A stretch of 64,000 nucleotides of DNA, from NCBI GenBank assembly GCA_965218435.1, contig CBDCKW010000009.1, forward strand, positions 640,001-704,000, given 5' to 3'. The notes below the pieces were generated by a model. The model was not told the DNA's origin. It ran no database searches and saw only the letters and a program-made list of their open reading frames with translations. The stretch's first letter is position 1. The number at the start of each line of letters is the position of its first letter. A program made the translations under genes and the position numbers. Positions 1-10,195 of the stretch are shown in pieces. This stretch comes from Truepera sp. (GTDB lineage: Bacteria; Deinococcota; Deinococci; Deinococcales; Trueperaceae).

Positions 1-588
1 GACTGAGGATTGTGTACGCTCGAGGCGCGGAAGCAGAAAACCTGAAAGTGTAGCGACACTGCCTGCTGAAGCTGCGACCGGAAACGCCGGAGTAAAGCCG
101 AAACGCTGGGTGACAAAAGCTGCGGCGACTGGCGCTAGCGTTGCCATTGTAGGGGTTGCTGCCGCCCACCAACCAAGCGCCTCATCGCGTTTAATGGGTG
201 GTACGCTATAGCTAACATAAGCAAGCGATGCATTGGTGAAGATGCCTAGTCCAGCACCTTGCAGAAGCCGCAAAGCGATAAGTATGGGGAAGCTTTCAGT
301 AACAGCCATTGCTGCCGAACCGACTGCCCAAGCTGCTGCGCCGCCCAACAAAAAGATGCGTCCGCCTGTTCGGTCAATGAGACGACCTGAGAGTAACCGG
401 GCTACGATAGCTGCGGGAGCAGCTGCGCCAAAGACAAGTCCGATAGCTGAAGGGTCAAATCCTACGTTACGCATATAGAGCGGCAAGGTTAAAAGTAAAA
501 AATCTACATTGAACCAAAAGGCGAAAGTTGCGGTGAGGTTGGTGATATAACCCCTTGACCACAAGGGTTGGTCGCTGTGTGGGCTCAT
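1..588 (-). CDS. MFS transporter, N-terminal part (runs off window edge)
   Basis: Manual translation from ATG at 588: MSPHSDQPLWSRGYITNLTATFAFWFNVDFLLLTLPLYM...GRLIDRTGGR (MFS motif A), hydrophobic helices; absent from the ORF track because it is open at the edge. Confidence 0.85.
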   Translation of the reverse strand, partial: MSPHSDQPLWSRGYITNLTATFAFWFNVDFLLLTLPLYMRNVGFDPSAIGLVFGAAAPAAIVARLLSGRLIDRTGGRIFLLGGAAAWAVGSAAMAVTESFPILIALRLLQGAGLGIFTNASLAYVSYSVPPIKRDEALGWWAAATPTMATLAPVAAAFVTQRFGFTPAFPVAASAGSVATLSGFLLPRLERTQSSV

Positions 589-742
589 TTAGAGCCCCTT
601 TCCGGTCCCGAAGACTATAAAATTTCAGGCGTAGCCCGATTTAGTGGTTCGTCTGCCAGCGTAACATCTCTACTGTGGTTGGCTCTCGGCGCACAGGTCT
701 ACCGGAAGTGCTGCAGCCTTTTGTAAGGGTAAAATCTAGTTA

Positions 743-1348
743 ATGGACACCACAGCACTCCTCGAGGAAGTACAAACGATTGCCCGCAATGGCCTCAACT
801 ATACGCAAAATGTCTACGACCGCGAGCGTTATGAGCGTCTGTTGGCGCTGAGCGTTCAAAGTTACAGCGAGCTGTTGGACTGTCCCACCAACGAGATTCA
901 AACCAAACTCAGCCAAGAACTCGGCCATATCACCCCGAAGCTTGGCGGTGACGCCGCTATCTTTGATGATCAACGGCGTGTTTTGCTTATGGACCGCGCA
1001 GACGGCAGCGGTTGGTGTTTGCCGTGCGGTTGGGTCGAACCTAACGAGCGGCCTGCTGATACAGCCGTCAGAGAGACGAAAGAAGAGACGGGGCTCGAGG
1101 TCAAAGTGCGACGTCTAGTCGGTGTTTTTTCACGTCCTGCGAGCCAAACGACCGGCCTACACAGCATGAGCGCCATAGTCCATCTTTGTGACGTCGTAGG
1201 CGGAGAACTTACGCTATCTCATGAAGGTTTAGGGCTACGCTATTGGCACCTTGATGAAGTCCCCAAATGGGCTACCGATCATGAAAAGAAGGCCCGAGCC
1301 GCGTACACGATGTGGGTTTCTGAGAGCACTGTCGCTGTGTCCGACTGA
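743..1348 (+). CDS. NUDIX hydrolase with Nudix_N N-terminal domain
   Basis: Nudix box GWVEPNERPADTAVRETKEETGL; N-terminal IARNGLNYTQNVYDRERY. Confidence 0.9.
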   Translation: MDTTALLEEVQTIARNGLNYTQNVYDRERYERLLALSVQSYSELLDCPTNEIQTKLSQELGHITPKLGGDAAIFDDQRRVLLMDRADGSGWCLPCGWVEPNERPADTAVRETKEETGLEVKVRRLVGVFSRPASQTTGLHSMSAIVHLCDVVGGELTLSHEGLGLRYWHLDEVPKWATDHEKKARAAYTMWVSESTVAVSD

Positions 1349-1389
1349 CTTTGTCTTACGAAGGCTGATCGTAACCGATAGAGTTACGC

Positions 1390-1872
1390 ATGGACGCAAA
1401 ACGTATCCTGCCGCTCGAGAGCGACGCCGACCTGATTGCAACCAACAATGTCTTTGCCGAAATTATCGCCGGAGACGCGCCTGCTTCGGTGGTTTACCGC
1501 GACGATTTAGTGATAACGTTTATGGACATCCAGCCAATCAATCAGGGGCACACACTCGTCGTGCCGCTGAGACTAGCCCGGTTTTTAGCTGAGCTAAGCG
1601 AGGCTGAAGCGGCGCGTATCTTCGTCGTGGGGCGGCAGGTGGCCCAGGCTATCCGCACCTCCGGCTTGCCGTGTACAGGCGTCTTTATGTTTTTGGCTGA
1701 CGGCGCTACGGCGGGGCAAGAGGTGCCTCACGTCCATCTCCACGTCGTGCCACGTTTTGCCGGAGATGAGCTGAGCTTTAACCTGCCGGAACGTTACTTC
1801 GGTGCTTTTCCGGCGCGTGAACAACTTGACCAAGATGCTGAAAGACTTCGAGCAGTTCTTGAAACGGATTAA
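1390..1872 (+). CDS. HIT family hydrolase
   Basis: Histidine triad HVHLHV; DIQPINQGHTLVVP. Confidence 0.92.
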   Translation: MDAKRILPLESDADLIATNNVFAEIIAGDAPASVVYRDDLVITFMDIQPINQGHTLVVPLRLARFLAELSEAEAARIFVVGRQVAQAIRTSGLPCTGVFMFLADGATAGQEVPHVHLHVVPRFAGDELSFNLPERYFGAFPAREQLDQDAERLRAVLETD

Positions 1873-1884
1873 TCCAATTTGCCC

Positions 1885-2673
1885 TTACCTTGCCAGCCGC
1901 AAAATCCGCACCGCGCCCAGTGTGACGATAACAAAGACAACCGCGCCGATGATGAGGTCGGGGAGGCTCGAGCCCAGCCACAACACCAACACCCCGGCGA
2001 CGATAACGCCTAAGTTGATTAGCACATCGTTGCTGGTAAAAATCATGCTGGCCTGGATGTGCGCCTCACGGTCTTTTGAACGTTGCAACAAGTAGAGGCA
2101 CACCCCGTTTGCAATCAGCGCCAGCAGTGCGACAATAATCATGGTTCTAAAGTCAGGTAACGCTTCGGTTCCGATAAACCGGCGCACCACTTCGGTAAAG
2201 CCCAATACTGCCAGCACAATTTGAAAGTAGCCGCTCCACTTAGCGACGTTCTTTTTCCGGACGACCGCCTTGCCAATCGCAAATAGGCTTAGCCCGTATA
2301 CCAGTGCATCCGCCAGCATATCGAGCGAATCCGCTACTAACCCCATAGAGCCGGAGATAAAGCCGGTGGTCATCTCTAGCACGAAAAATGTGAAGTTAAT
2401 TAATAGGACGGCCCAGAGCAGGCGGCGCTGCTGCGTGTGTTCCGGCACGGCCCCATCAGTTTGCGCTGCTTCTAGCAGCTTTGCACCTAAGCCGAGCTGC
2501 GTGAGGGCGCTTTCGATTTCGCCCAACTGTCCTTTGTGATAGACCGCAACTTTACGGGCCGAGAGGTCGAACTCGAGCCCTTGCACGGCCCTAAGGCCAT
2601 CCAGCTTCAGCCGTACTAGGTTTTCTTCGGCGGCGCAGTCCATTTTAGGAACTTGGAAGAGCGACTTGTTCAC
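1885..2673 (-). CDS. Cation transporter (CDF-like) with N-terminal HMA-like domain
   Basis: VPKMDCAAEE N-terminus; SMGLVADSLDMLAD and TSND metal-site helices. Confidence 0.85.
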   Translation of the reverse strand: MNKSLFQVPKMDCAAEENLVRLKLDGLRAVQGLEFDLSARKVAVYHKGQLGEIESALTQLGLGAKLLEAAQTDGAVPEHTQQRRLLWAVLLINFTFFVLEMTTGFISGSMGLVADSLDMLADALVYGLSLFAIGKAVVRKKNVAKWSGYFQIVLAVLGFTEVVRRFIGTEALPDFRTMIIVALLALIANGVCLYLLQRSKDREAHIQASMIFTSNDVLINLGVIVAGVLVLWLGSSLPDLIIGAVVFVIVTLGAVRILRLAR

Positions 2674-2830
2674 GAATAAAAGTATATGTTTACGAGCAGC
2701 CGATATATTTTAGCTGTGTGCCTATTGGCGGTATTTGAGTGAGTTGGGGGTGGAGCGGGGGACGGCATAGTTATCGAGTTGTCGGATACTATAGAAGCTC
2801 ATCGTATAGCAAGTTGTAAAGTAAAAAACG

Positions 2831-3799
2831 ATGAAGCCCAATAGTTCTATAGTCCAGCGATTAGCGTTCGCGAAGTACCTTTATGGTTTGGCCGTTGAGC
2901 AGTCGCAGCAGGCTGAACCTCTCTCTTCAGCCTCAATTCTTTATTTTCATGATTCAGTAGAACTTTACCTTCAAATTGCTTCAGAACATCTGAATGTAGG
3001 AGATAAATGTCCACTGATCATGAACTACTTTGATTTACTAAATCCAAAAGTATTGGAAGGTAAAGAGCTATCTCAAAAAGAAGCCGTAAGGCGGCTGGAT
3101 AAAGCTAGGGTTGCGCTCAAACATCATGGAACGCTTCCATCAAAGCTTGACATAGAGTCTTTTAGGGTTTCTGTAAGGAGTTTCTTTCTGGAAAATACTC
3201 CTTTACTGTTCGACTTGGAGTTCGCCGAAATAACGTTAGTGGAATTTGTAAATCCTGAAGAGGTCAGGGAAAACCTTCAAGAAGTAGAAAAATTAAGAGA
3301 GACAAGAGATTATCCTGAAGCATTAAAATTAGTTGCACTTTCTTTCAGGGTGCTTCTAGATGATTACAAAGATAGAAAAATAACTTATGGCATTTCTCCT
3401 CTCGACATAGGGATTCGACATCCTTTCAGCCCGTTTTCTAAACTGCAAGCTCATAGAGGTCAAACATCTTTACTTCCTTCCCAACTGAAGCCTATCGAGG
3501 AAGAATTTGCACAGGTGAAGCGAGAAGCAGAAAAGGCGTTCGATGAAATAGAGGAATCTATAGAGATTTTAGCTTTGGGAGTGGATTTCAAACGTTACTC
3601 CAGATTTAAGCTGCTTACTCCCAACCTTGTAAGAGGCATCAATAAAGACTACATATTTATTGCCAATCGTCTTGAGAAGCCTTCTATTGAGCAAGAAGAT
3701 ATAGACTTTTGTATAAACTTCGTTGTGGAGACTTCGTTAGTACTTCAAGAATTTGATTACGACGTACCGAAACCAATCAAATATGTGAATATATCGTAA
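2831..3799 (+). CDS. Hypothetical AT-rich protein with possible N-terminal HEPN-like domain
   Basis: 322-aa ORF, visibly lower GC than its flanks; FHDSVELYL helix and R-x4-H motif (RVALKH). Confidence 0.6.
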   Translation: MKPNSSIVQRLAFAKYLYGLAVEQSQQAEPLSSASILYFHDSVELYLQIASEHLNVGDKCPLIMNYFDLLNPKVLEGKELSQKEAVRRLDKARVALKHHGTLPSKLDIESFRVSVRSFFLENTPLLFDLEFAEITLVEFVNPEEVRENLQEVEKLRETRDYPEALKLVALSFRVLLDDYKDRKITYGISPLDIGIRHPFSPFSKLQAHRGQTSLLPSQLKPIEEEFAQVKREAEKAFDEIEESIEILALGVDFKRYSRFKLLTPNLVRGINKDYIFIANRLEKPSIEQEDIDFCINFVVETSLVLQEFDYDVPKPIKYVNIS

Positions 3800-3856
3800 G
3801 TCGGTTTCTCGTTAGTAGAGTCACTTTCAATGGCAGCTCAAGCAAAGTTCGTTGAT

Positions 3857-4786
3857 TTAACGTTCGCCCCGCGTATACGGCTCCCCAAGTGCCGCCGGTG
3901 CCCCCGCCCGCCTGCCCCCACGCCCAAGTGCAATCAAGGTCAGCGAAAGAATCGTCACCAGGTACGGCAACATCTGCAAAAACTCGGCAGGGAAGACGTT
4001 TTGTAACCGAAACGCCAGGTGAAAACACGCGCCGAAAATAAACGCCGCAAAAATGGCCCGCACGGGTCGCCACGCCGCAAAAATTACGATAGCGAGCGCA
4101 ATCCAGCCCATTCCAGCAGTCATGCCGTCCGTCCAGGTCGGGCGGTAGGCGAGCGACAAATAGGCCCCGGCAATCCCGGCCATCACGCCGCCAAAAGTGA
4201 CGCAGAGGTAACGCACTAAAAAGACGTTGATACCGAGCGCGTCGGTCGCTGCCGGAGACTCACCCGCCGAGCGGATGATGACGCCGACTTTGGTCATAAA
4301 AAGAACCACGCCGAGCAAAATAGCGACGACGAGGCCCGCGTAGGTCAGCAGGTACTGCTCAGAAAAGAGCGCAGGGCCGAGGATGGGCATCGCTGCAAGT
4401 CCGGGTACGGTCACGGTCTGCATCGGGTCGGCGAGCGGGATACCGACGTAGTTGCGCCCGACGAGCCCTGAGAGCCCGAGGCCGAAAATCGTCAGTGCAA
4501 GCCCGGAAACGTACTGATTGGCCCGCAAGGTCACTGAAAAGAACGCGTGCAAGAGTCCGGCAAGGCCGCCGACGGTTGCAGCTGCCGCGAGACCCAGCAG
4601 GGGTGAGCCGGTCGTCTGCGCGGCGATAAACCCCGACATCGCGCCTAAAATCATCATCCCTTCGACGCCTAGATTCACCACGCCGGAGCGTTCAGCGTAG
4701 ATTTCACCCAAAGCGGCCCATAACAGCGGCGTGCTAAAGGCCAAGGAGCGAGCGATGGTGGGAACGAGCCAGGACTCGAGGTCCAC
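3857..4786 (-). CDS. Nucleoside/simple-sugar ABC transporter permease
   Basis: ERSGVVNLGVEG and GMGWIALAIV motifs. Confidence 0.92.
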   Translation of the reverse strand: MDLESWLVPTIARSLAFSTPLLWAALGEIYAERSGVVNLGVEGMMILGAMSGFIAAQTTGSPLLGLAAAATVGGLAGLLHAFFSVTLRANQYVSGLALTIFGLGLSGLVGRNYVGIPLADPMQTVTVPGLAAMPILGPALFSEQYLLTYAGLVVAILLGVVLFMTKVGVIIRSAGESPAATDALGINVFLVRYLCVTFGGVMAGIAGAYLSLAYRPTWTDGMTAGMGWIALAIVIFAAWRPVRAIFAAFIFGACFHLAFRLQNVFPAEFLQMLPYLVTILSLTLIALGRGGRRAGAPAALGEPYTRGER

Positions 4787-5907
4787 TAATCACTTCCTTC
4801 GGGCGCGGGTTGGGGCGCAGTAGCGACAACTGAGCGCGGTTCACGCCGCCAACGGTAGCGTAACAGTGGTTCAGTCCCAATCAGGCAAAACAAAATCAGG
4901 CCGCTCATTACGCCGGTGATTTCAGCGGGCATCCGGAGCGTGACCCGCACCACGTCGCCGGTTGCCGACACCCAGCCGAGCAGCAGCGCCGTGAGAATCA
5001 CTGCGAGCGGATTACCCCTCGCTAGCAGCGCCACGATAATCGCGGTGTAGCCGTAGCCGAGTGAAAGCTGACTCGGTTCGATCAGCCGGTGATGGAGTCC
5101 GGCGACCTCGCCGACGCCTGCCAGCCCCGCCGCGCCCGCTGCGACGAGAATCAGGAGCACCGTCGTCCGGGTAAAGTTGATACCCGCGTAACGTGCGGCT
5201 TTAGGGCTCTGACCGAGGATTTTCGTCTCAAAGCCGAGCGTTGTTTTGGAGAGTAAAAAGAGGACGGCGAAGGCCAGCACGACACCGAGCACCAGCGTCG
5301 GCCAGTGCAGCCGTGTTCCCGGAAGAACCGGGAGCCACGCCGCCGGGACAAACGTGTCAGAGATCGCCATGCCGCGCGTACTCAGACCTTTCCACGGGCC
5401 GTAAATCAGGTACTGCACGAGGTAAATCGCCACATAGTTGAGCATCAAGGTAGTGATAATTTCGCTCACGCCGAGTCGTACTTTGAGGAGCGCGGGCAAC
5501 AGACCCCACACTGCGCCGCCTAAAAAGCCAGCGAGAAACATCAGGATTAAAAGCCACGGTGCGCCGATGGGAACGAATAGGGCGACGCCCGACGCAGCCA
5601 TCGCACCTGCTAAAATCTGCCCTTCCGCGCCGATATTCCAGAACTGAGCGCGAAATGCTAAGACTAGTCCGACGCCTGCCAAAAGCAGCGGGATAGCTTT
5701 GCGTAAGACCTCAGCGAAGCCCCTGAAGTTCCCTAGCGTACTCGTTAAAATGTCACGGTAGGCCGTAACGGGGCTGTGACCATAGGCCCAAAAGATGAGG
5801 CCGGTAAGGAGTAGCGCGGCCAAAACTGCGCCGACCGAGACGAAAAAGACGAGCGCGGCTGAGGGATTGGGGCGGGGCTCGAGCCGCCACCCCCCGAGCT
5901 TAAACAT
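4786..5907 (-). CDS. Nucleoside/simple-sugar ABC transporter permease
   Basis: WNIGAEGQ, SEIITTLMLNY and GYGYTAIIVALL motifs. Confidence 0.92.
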   Translation of the reverse strand: MFKLGGWRLEPRPNPSAALVFFVSVGAVLAALLLTGLIFWAYGHSPVTAYRDILTSTLGNFRGFAEVLRKAIPLLLAGVGLVLAFRAQFWNIGAEGQILAGAMAASGVALFVPIGAPWLLILMFLAGFLGGAVWGLLPALLKVRLGVSEIITTLMLNYVAIYLVQYLIYGPWKGLSTRGMAISDTFVPAAWLPVLPGTRLHWPTLVLGVVLAFAVLFLLSKTTLGFETKILGQSPKAARYAGINFTRTTVLLILVAAGAAGLAGVGEVAGLHHRLIEPSQLSLGYGYTAIIVALLARGNPLAVILTALLLGWVSATGDVVRVTLRMPAEITGVMSGLILFCLIGTEPLLRYRWRREPRSVVATAPQPAPEGSD

Positions 5908-7495
5908 GTGCTACATCCTTTGTGTGTTCTTGGTTCGTAGGTTGAGGTATAGGGGGTTGCGCCGAACCCGCCATCATCAACCCGACCTGCTCGCGCTCGG
6001 CGCTTTCGGTATCAACAACGCCCATCACCTCACCGCCGAACAGCACCAAAATCCGGTGACTGAGCCGGAACAACTCTTCTAAATCTTCACTGAGGAGCAG
6101 CACCCCTGCGCCCCGGTCACGCTCATTCAGAAGCGCCTGATGCGTTGCTTCGGTTGCGCCGATGTCGAGGCCGTAGGTCGGGTGCGCCGCGACGACGAGC
6201 TTGACCTCACCGGTCGGGCGCTTCGAGAGTTCACGCGCCAAGATGAGCTTTTGGATATTGCCGCCTGAAAGCAGGCTCGTCCGCGTCTGTAGCGACGGGG
6301 TAGACACGTCGTAGGCACGTACCGACGCCTCAGCAAAGTGCCGCGCCGCGCCCGCGTCGAGGAGTCCGCCGCGCGAAAAGGGCGCGTACCGGTAGTGCCG
6401 TAAAGCCAAGTTTTCGTTGACTGAAAACCCCGGTACGGTGCCGGTGTCCCGCCGGTCTTCGGGGATATGGGCGACGCCGCGCTCAAAGTGTTCACGGACG
6501 CCTGCATGACCGAGGTGTTGACCCAAAAAGGTGATGCTGCCCACCGTCACGGGGCGGTGCCCGGTGACGACTTCGGCCAGCTCGAGCTGCCCGTTTCCGG
6601 CGACCCCGGCGACGCCTAAAATCTCACCTTCATGCAGGGTAAACGATACGTCTTTAAGCGCCTCGGTTTTGCGGTCGCTACGGGCAGAGACGTTGTTGAG
6701 CTCGAGCACCACCCCGGCCTTGACCGGCGGAGCCGGAATGCGTTCAAGCACCACGTCCCGCCCGACCATGAGCCGTGCCAACCGTTTGGCGTCGGCCTCA
6801 GCGCGGGACAAGGAGCCGACCACGGCCCCTTTACGCAAGACCGTGATGCGGTCGGCAACATCCAAAACCTCACCGAGTTTGTGGGTGATAAAGATAACGC
6901 CGTGCCCCTCACCTTTCATCCGCCGCACGACCTCAAAGAGCTTGTCGGCTTCGCCGGGGGTCAGGACGCCTGTAGGCTCGTCCAAAATCAAGATTTTGGC
7001 CTCACGCACGAGCGCCTTCATAATCTCGACGCGCTGCTGCTCGCCAGCTGAGAGCTCATAGATATACGCGTCCGGGTCAACCTCGAGCCCGTACTGCTTG
7101 CCCAACTCACGCAGCTTCGTTTTGAGGCGGCGCGTCGGCCGAAAAAAGGGCGTTCTCGGTAGGCCCAACGCGATATTTTCCGCGACCGTGTGCCGCTCGA
7201 CCAACATAAAATGCTGTGCGACGAGCCCAATTCCCTCGGCAATGGCGTCTTTCGGCGCGCGAAACCGTACCGGACGACCTGAACGAAGCAGCTTGCCCTC
7301 GTCCGGCGGGTAGAGGCCGTAGAGCATACTGATGAGCGTCGTTTTGCCTGCGCCGTTTTCACCCAAAAGCGCATGAACTTCGCCTGCCTGCAAGGTAAAT
7401 GACACATCACTGTTGGCAACGACCCCCGGAAACCGTTTGGTAATGCCCTGGGCGCTTAGGAGCGTCTTATCGTGTGTCGGGCTGGCTTCAGTCAT
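5900..7495 (-). CDS. Nucleoside/sugar ABC transporter ATP-binding protein (double NBD)
   Basis: Walker A GENGAGKTT; LILDEPT; LSGGNIQK; start at 7495 or 7501. Confidence 0.93.
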   Translation of the reverse strand: MTEASPTHDKTLLSAQGITKRFPGVVANSDVSFTLQAGEVHALLGENGAGKTTLISMLYGLYPPDEGKLLRSGRPVRFRAPKDAIAEGIGLVAQHFMLVERHTVAENIALGLPRTPFFRPTRRLKTKLRELGKQYGLEVDPDAYIYELSAGEQQRVEIMKALVREAKILILDEPTGVLTPGEADKLFEVVRRMKGEGHGVIFITHKLGEVLDVADRITVLRKGAVVGSLSRAEADAKRLARLMVGRDVVLERIPAPPVKAGVVLELNNVSARSDRKTEALKDVSFTLHEGEILGVAGVAGNGQLELAEVVTGHRPVTVGSITFLGQHLGHAGVREHFERGVAHIPEDRRDTGTVPGFSVNENLALRHYRYAPFSRGGLLDAGAARHFAEASVRAYDVSTPSLQTRTSLLSGGNIQKLILARELSKRPTGEVKLVVAAHPTYGLDIGATEATHQALLNERDRGAGVLLLSEDLEELFRLSHRILVLFGGEVMGVVDTESAEREQVGLMMAGSAQPPIPQPTNQEHTKDVAHV

Positions 7496-7575
7496 ACGCA
7501 ACTATATGGGCCGGAGCGGAGCGCTGCAAGGTGTTACTTAGTAGCGGACGTCTCTGTACTGATCCAACCGTTTTG

Positions 7576-8565
7576 CTAGTTGGCTGACGGTTTGGCCTGC
7601 AAAGCGTTCAGCCAAGGTGCGACAGCTGCCAAAAACTTCTGCGGACACTCCTCTTGTGGGACGTGGCCACAATCTTGCAATACTTTAATGGTGGCACCGT
7701 CAATATCAGCGGCGGCTTTTTGGCTCTGCTCGACCGGGATAAGGTTGTCTTTCGCGCCGCTGACGACCAGCGTCGGCACTTTAAGCTCGCCGAGACGGGA
7801 GAAAAGATCGCCGGGTTTGTTAGCCTTGGTGATCTCCCAGAGCGCCCGGTCCCAACCATCAGCTTTGAGGGGACGGCGGTAGCCTGCGATGTCGGCCTCA
7901 GAAAGGCGACTCGGGTCGGCGTAGGTGCGGCGGAGCTGCTCGAGCCCCGCGTCTTCACCAAAAGGCCGCATCAGGTACGGCCCGATACGTCTACCTTGCG
8001 GCGTGTTGTAAAGGGCGCGAATCCACGCGGGCGGGCCACCACTTTGCAACGCCGGGTCAACCAAGATCAGCCCTGCGACCCGTTCGGGATAAGTAAGGGC
8101 AAGGTTGACAGCGACCGCGCCGCCCGCTGAATTGCCGACCAACACAGCTTTTTTGACGCCCAGCTCGTCGAGCAAACCGACGCTCAGCGCGACCTGCGCT
8201 TCGGGCGTGTAGGGATTTTGGACGCCACTTTCGCCGGGAGCGACAGCAGGACGCTCGCTCAGGCCGAAACCGGGCCGATCAAAGGCGATGACCCGCGCCT
8301 CTTTGCCCAGCGGCCCGGTCACCTTACGCCACGAGAAGACGCTCGAGCCGAAGTCGTGCAGCAAGAGCAGCGTCGGGGGTGCGCTGCCGGTCTCGGTATA
8401 ACGGAGGTTCACCCCGTCAACTTCGGCAAATTTGTCGCCGGGTTGAGCGAGGCTTTGGGGCGGGACGGTCTCGAGTTCAGGAACCGGATAGATGAGCGGC
8501 AAGATAGCGGCAGAAAGCAGGGCTACCACGAAAAAGATAACGGTTAAGCGGAGGCGAAAAGGCAT
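7576..8565 (-). CDS. Alpha/beta hydrolase with N-terminal membrane anchor
   Basis: GNSAGG nucleophile elbow, DRPGFGLS, CGHVPQEE; start trimmed to ATG 8565 (MPFRLRL). Confidence 0.88.
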   Translation of the reverse strand: MPFRLRLTVIFFVVALLSAAILPLIYPVPELETVPPQSLAQPGDKFAEVDGVNLRYTETGSAPPTLLLLHDFGSSVFSWRKVTGPLGKEARVIAFDRPGFGLSERPAVAPGESGVQNPYTPEAQVALSVGLLDELGVKKAVLVGNSAGGAVAVNLALTYPERVAGLILVDPALQSGGPPAWIRALYNTPQGRRIGPYLMRPFGEDAGLEQLRRTYADPSRLSEADIAGYRRPLKADGWDRALWEITKANKPGDLFSRLGELKVPTLVVSGAKDNLIPVEQSQKAAADIDGATIKVLQDCGHVPQEECPQKFLAAVAPWLNALQAKPSAN

Positions 8566-8690
8566 ATGGGGTATTACACCACGCGCAGCTGAGAGGGCTT
8601 TGGGTCCGGCTTGCGCGGCGCGAGCTCGCCTCACACCTCGACAACCGTTTGAACAGCTTTTCGTATAGACATTTGTAGTACACTCAGGCT

Positions 8691-8960
8691 GTGGTCATTT
8701 TTGACTGGGACGAGGCAAATCTCGAGCATATCGAGAAGCACGGCTTTACAGCAGACGACGCCGAAGTTGCCATTCTGGATTCCAACCGTGTCTCGTCTTT
8801 TGCAAAACAGAGTGAAAACGGCGAAAAACGTTTTGGCATTGTTGGCAGGAGTGCGAGCGGCGCTATTCTCCATGTCGTCTTTGTTATCCGTAATGGTAGA
8901 GTACGCCCTTTTCATCTCCGCGAAGCGAACGCAGCGGAGAAACGGAGATACAGACGATGA
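8691..8960 (+). CDS. brnT: BrnT-family toxin (RelE-like RNase)
   Basis: FDWDEANLEHIEKHG, GEKRFGIVG, REANAAEKRRY; ATGA overlap with the downstream antitoxin. Confidence 0.82.
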   Translation: MVIFDWDEANLEHIEKHGFTADDAEVAILDSNRVSSFAKQSENGEKRFGIVGRSASGAILHVVFVIRNGRVRPFHLREANAAEKRRYRR

Positions 8961-9304
8961 GTAAAACAGTGAGTAGACCAACAAAAACTGAGGACGGCTT
9001 CGTCATTATCTATGACCCGGCCGACATTCCTGACTTCGATAGCGAGGCTGAAGAAGCAGCGTTTTGGGACACGCATACTATGGCTGAAAATCTTTTAGGC
9101 GGAGACGTGAGCGAGCTTGACCGGCTTGTGCCCGCTCGCCCCAGGGGAGTCAGCAAACGCCCCGTGTCAATCCGCTTTGATGACGACACTCTGACACGCC
9201 TCAAGCAGCTCGCGAGCAAAAAACGCACCAACTATCAGACGCTCGTTAAAAACTTCGTCAATGAACGGCTTTACGAAGAGGAGAAACGCGAGGGGCTCAT
9301 TTAG
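8957..9304 (+). CDS. BrnA/CopG-type antitoxin (C-terminal RHH)
   Basis: IPDFDSEAEEAAFWDTH acidic motif; VSIRFDDDTLTRLKQLA...YQTLV ribbon-helix-helix. Confidence 0.82.
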   Translation: MSKTVSRPTKTEDGFVIIYDPADIPDFDSEAEEAAFWDTHTMAENLLGGDVSELDRLVPARPRGVSKRPVSIRFDDDTLTRLKQLASKKRTNYQTLVKNFVNERLYEEEKREGLI

Positions 9305-9313
9305 GTTTACCCG

Positions 9314-10141
9314 CTAAACGTCTAGCTCGAGCCGCACATAGGCGCGGTCGTCAAACGAAGCAGCTTCCGGACGCCAGCCTTTGGCCGCTAGGTGGAGTTC
9401 GGTAAGGAGCGGGTCGTGCTCCAACACATACTCGAGCCGTGCTTCACTCGCCTGCAAGGTCGGCTCGAGCTTGGGGTAGCCGTCGCTTGCCAAGACAACC
9501 TCGCGGGTTTCTGCCGGTACTTCGATGACCTCGATGAACTTTTCTGGAATTTCACGCCTGCCGATGGCCCCGTAGCCGTAAGAACTGTCTGCCCGGTTCA
9601 TAAAGTGCGTTTGCAGCTCGAGCAGCGGTTTAACCGCTTCGCGTCCGGGGTCGTCCCGGCGGAGTGTCGCAACCGTATCGCCCGCCAGCAAACGCGCCTG
9701 CGTCACCAGTTGCCGAGCCTTGAGTACCACAGTGTCTACCGCCGTCTCAGGGTTGTGGCCCTGCCCGTCCAGCAGATATTGAGCGTCGCCCACGCGCCAC
9801 AGCTCGCGCTGCGCCGCCGAGTACAGCACGAACACAAAACACGGGGGTCTCGAGGGCGCGTGACTCGGTTTGGTCTCTTGCAGGGCTTGACCAACAGCGG
9901 CAGACATTTGGGCTACAGCTTCGTAGGCAGTCACGTCCGGCGGTAAAGCTTCGATGACCCGTGTGCCGGTCTGGGCGACAAACCGAGCTGCGCCGACACC
10001 CCCGTAGGTTGCGCCTGAACCGTCGGTCGCGCCGTCCAGCACCGCCGCAAAATGCGGTGTCACGACGAGCAGGTCATCCCCACCGTCGGCTGACCCGGCT
10101 TTTGAACAGAGGAGGGACTCGAGCACACGAAAAGCGGTCAT
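9314..10141 (-). CDS. PP2C/phosphatase-fold hypothetical protein
   Basis: VLDGAT, RVGD, LASDGY and DDRAY acidic metal-binding motifs. Confidence 0.65.
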   Translation of the reverse strand: MTAFRVLESLLCSKAGSADGGDDLLVVTPHFAAVLDGATDGSGATYGGVGAARFVAQTGTRVIEALPPDVTAYEAVAQMSAAVGQALQETKPSHAPSRPPCFVFVLYSAAQRELWRVGDAQYLLDGQGHNPETAVDTVVLKARQLVTQARLLAGDTVATLRRDDPGREAVKPLLELQTHFMNRADSSYGYGAIGRREIPEKFIEVIEVPAETREVVLASDGYPKLEPTLQASEARLEYVLEHDPLLTELHLAAKGWRPEAASFDDRAYVRLELDV

Positions 10142-10195
10142 AGCGAGATTTTAACGGTTTAGTCTCACTCGTGCGGCGCGTGCTAAGCTCGAGGG

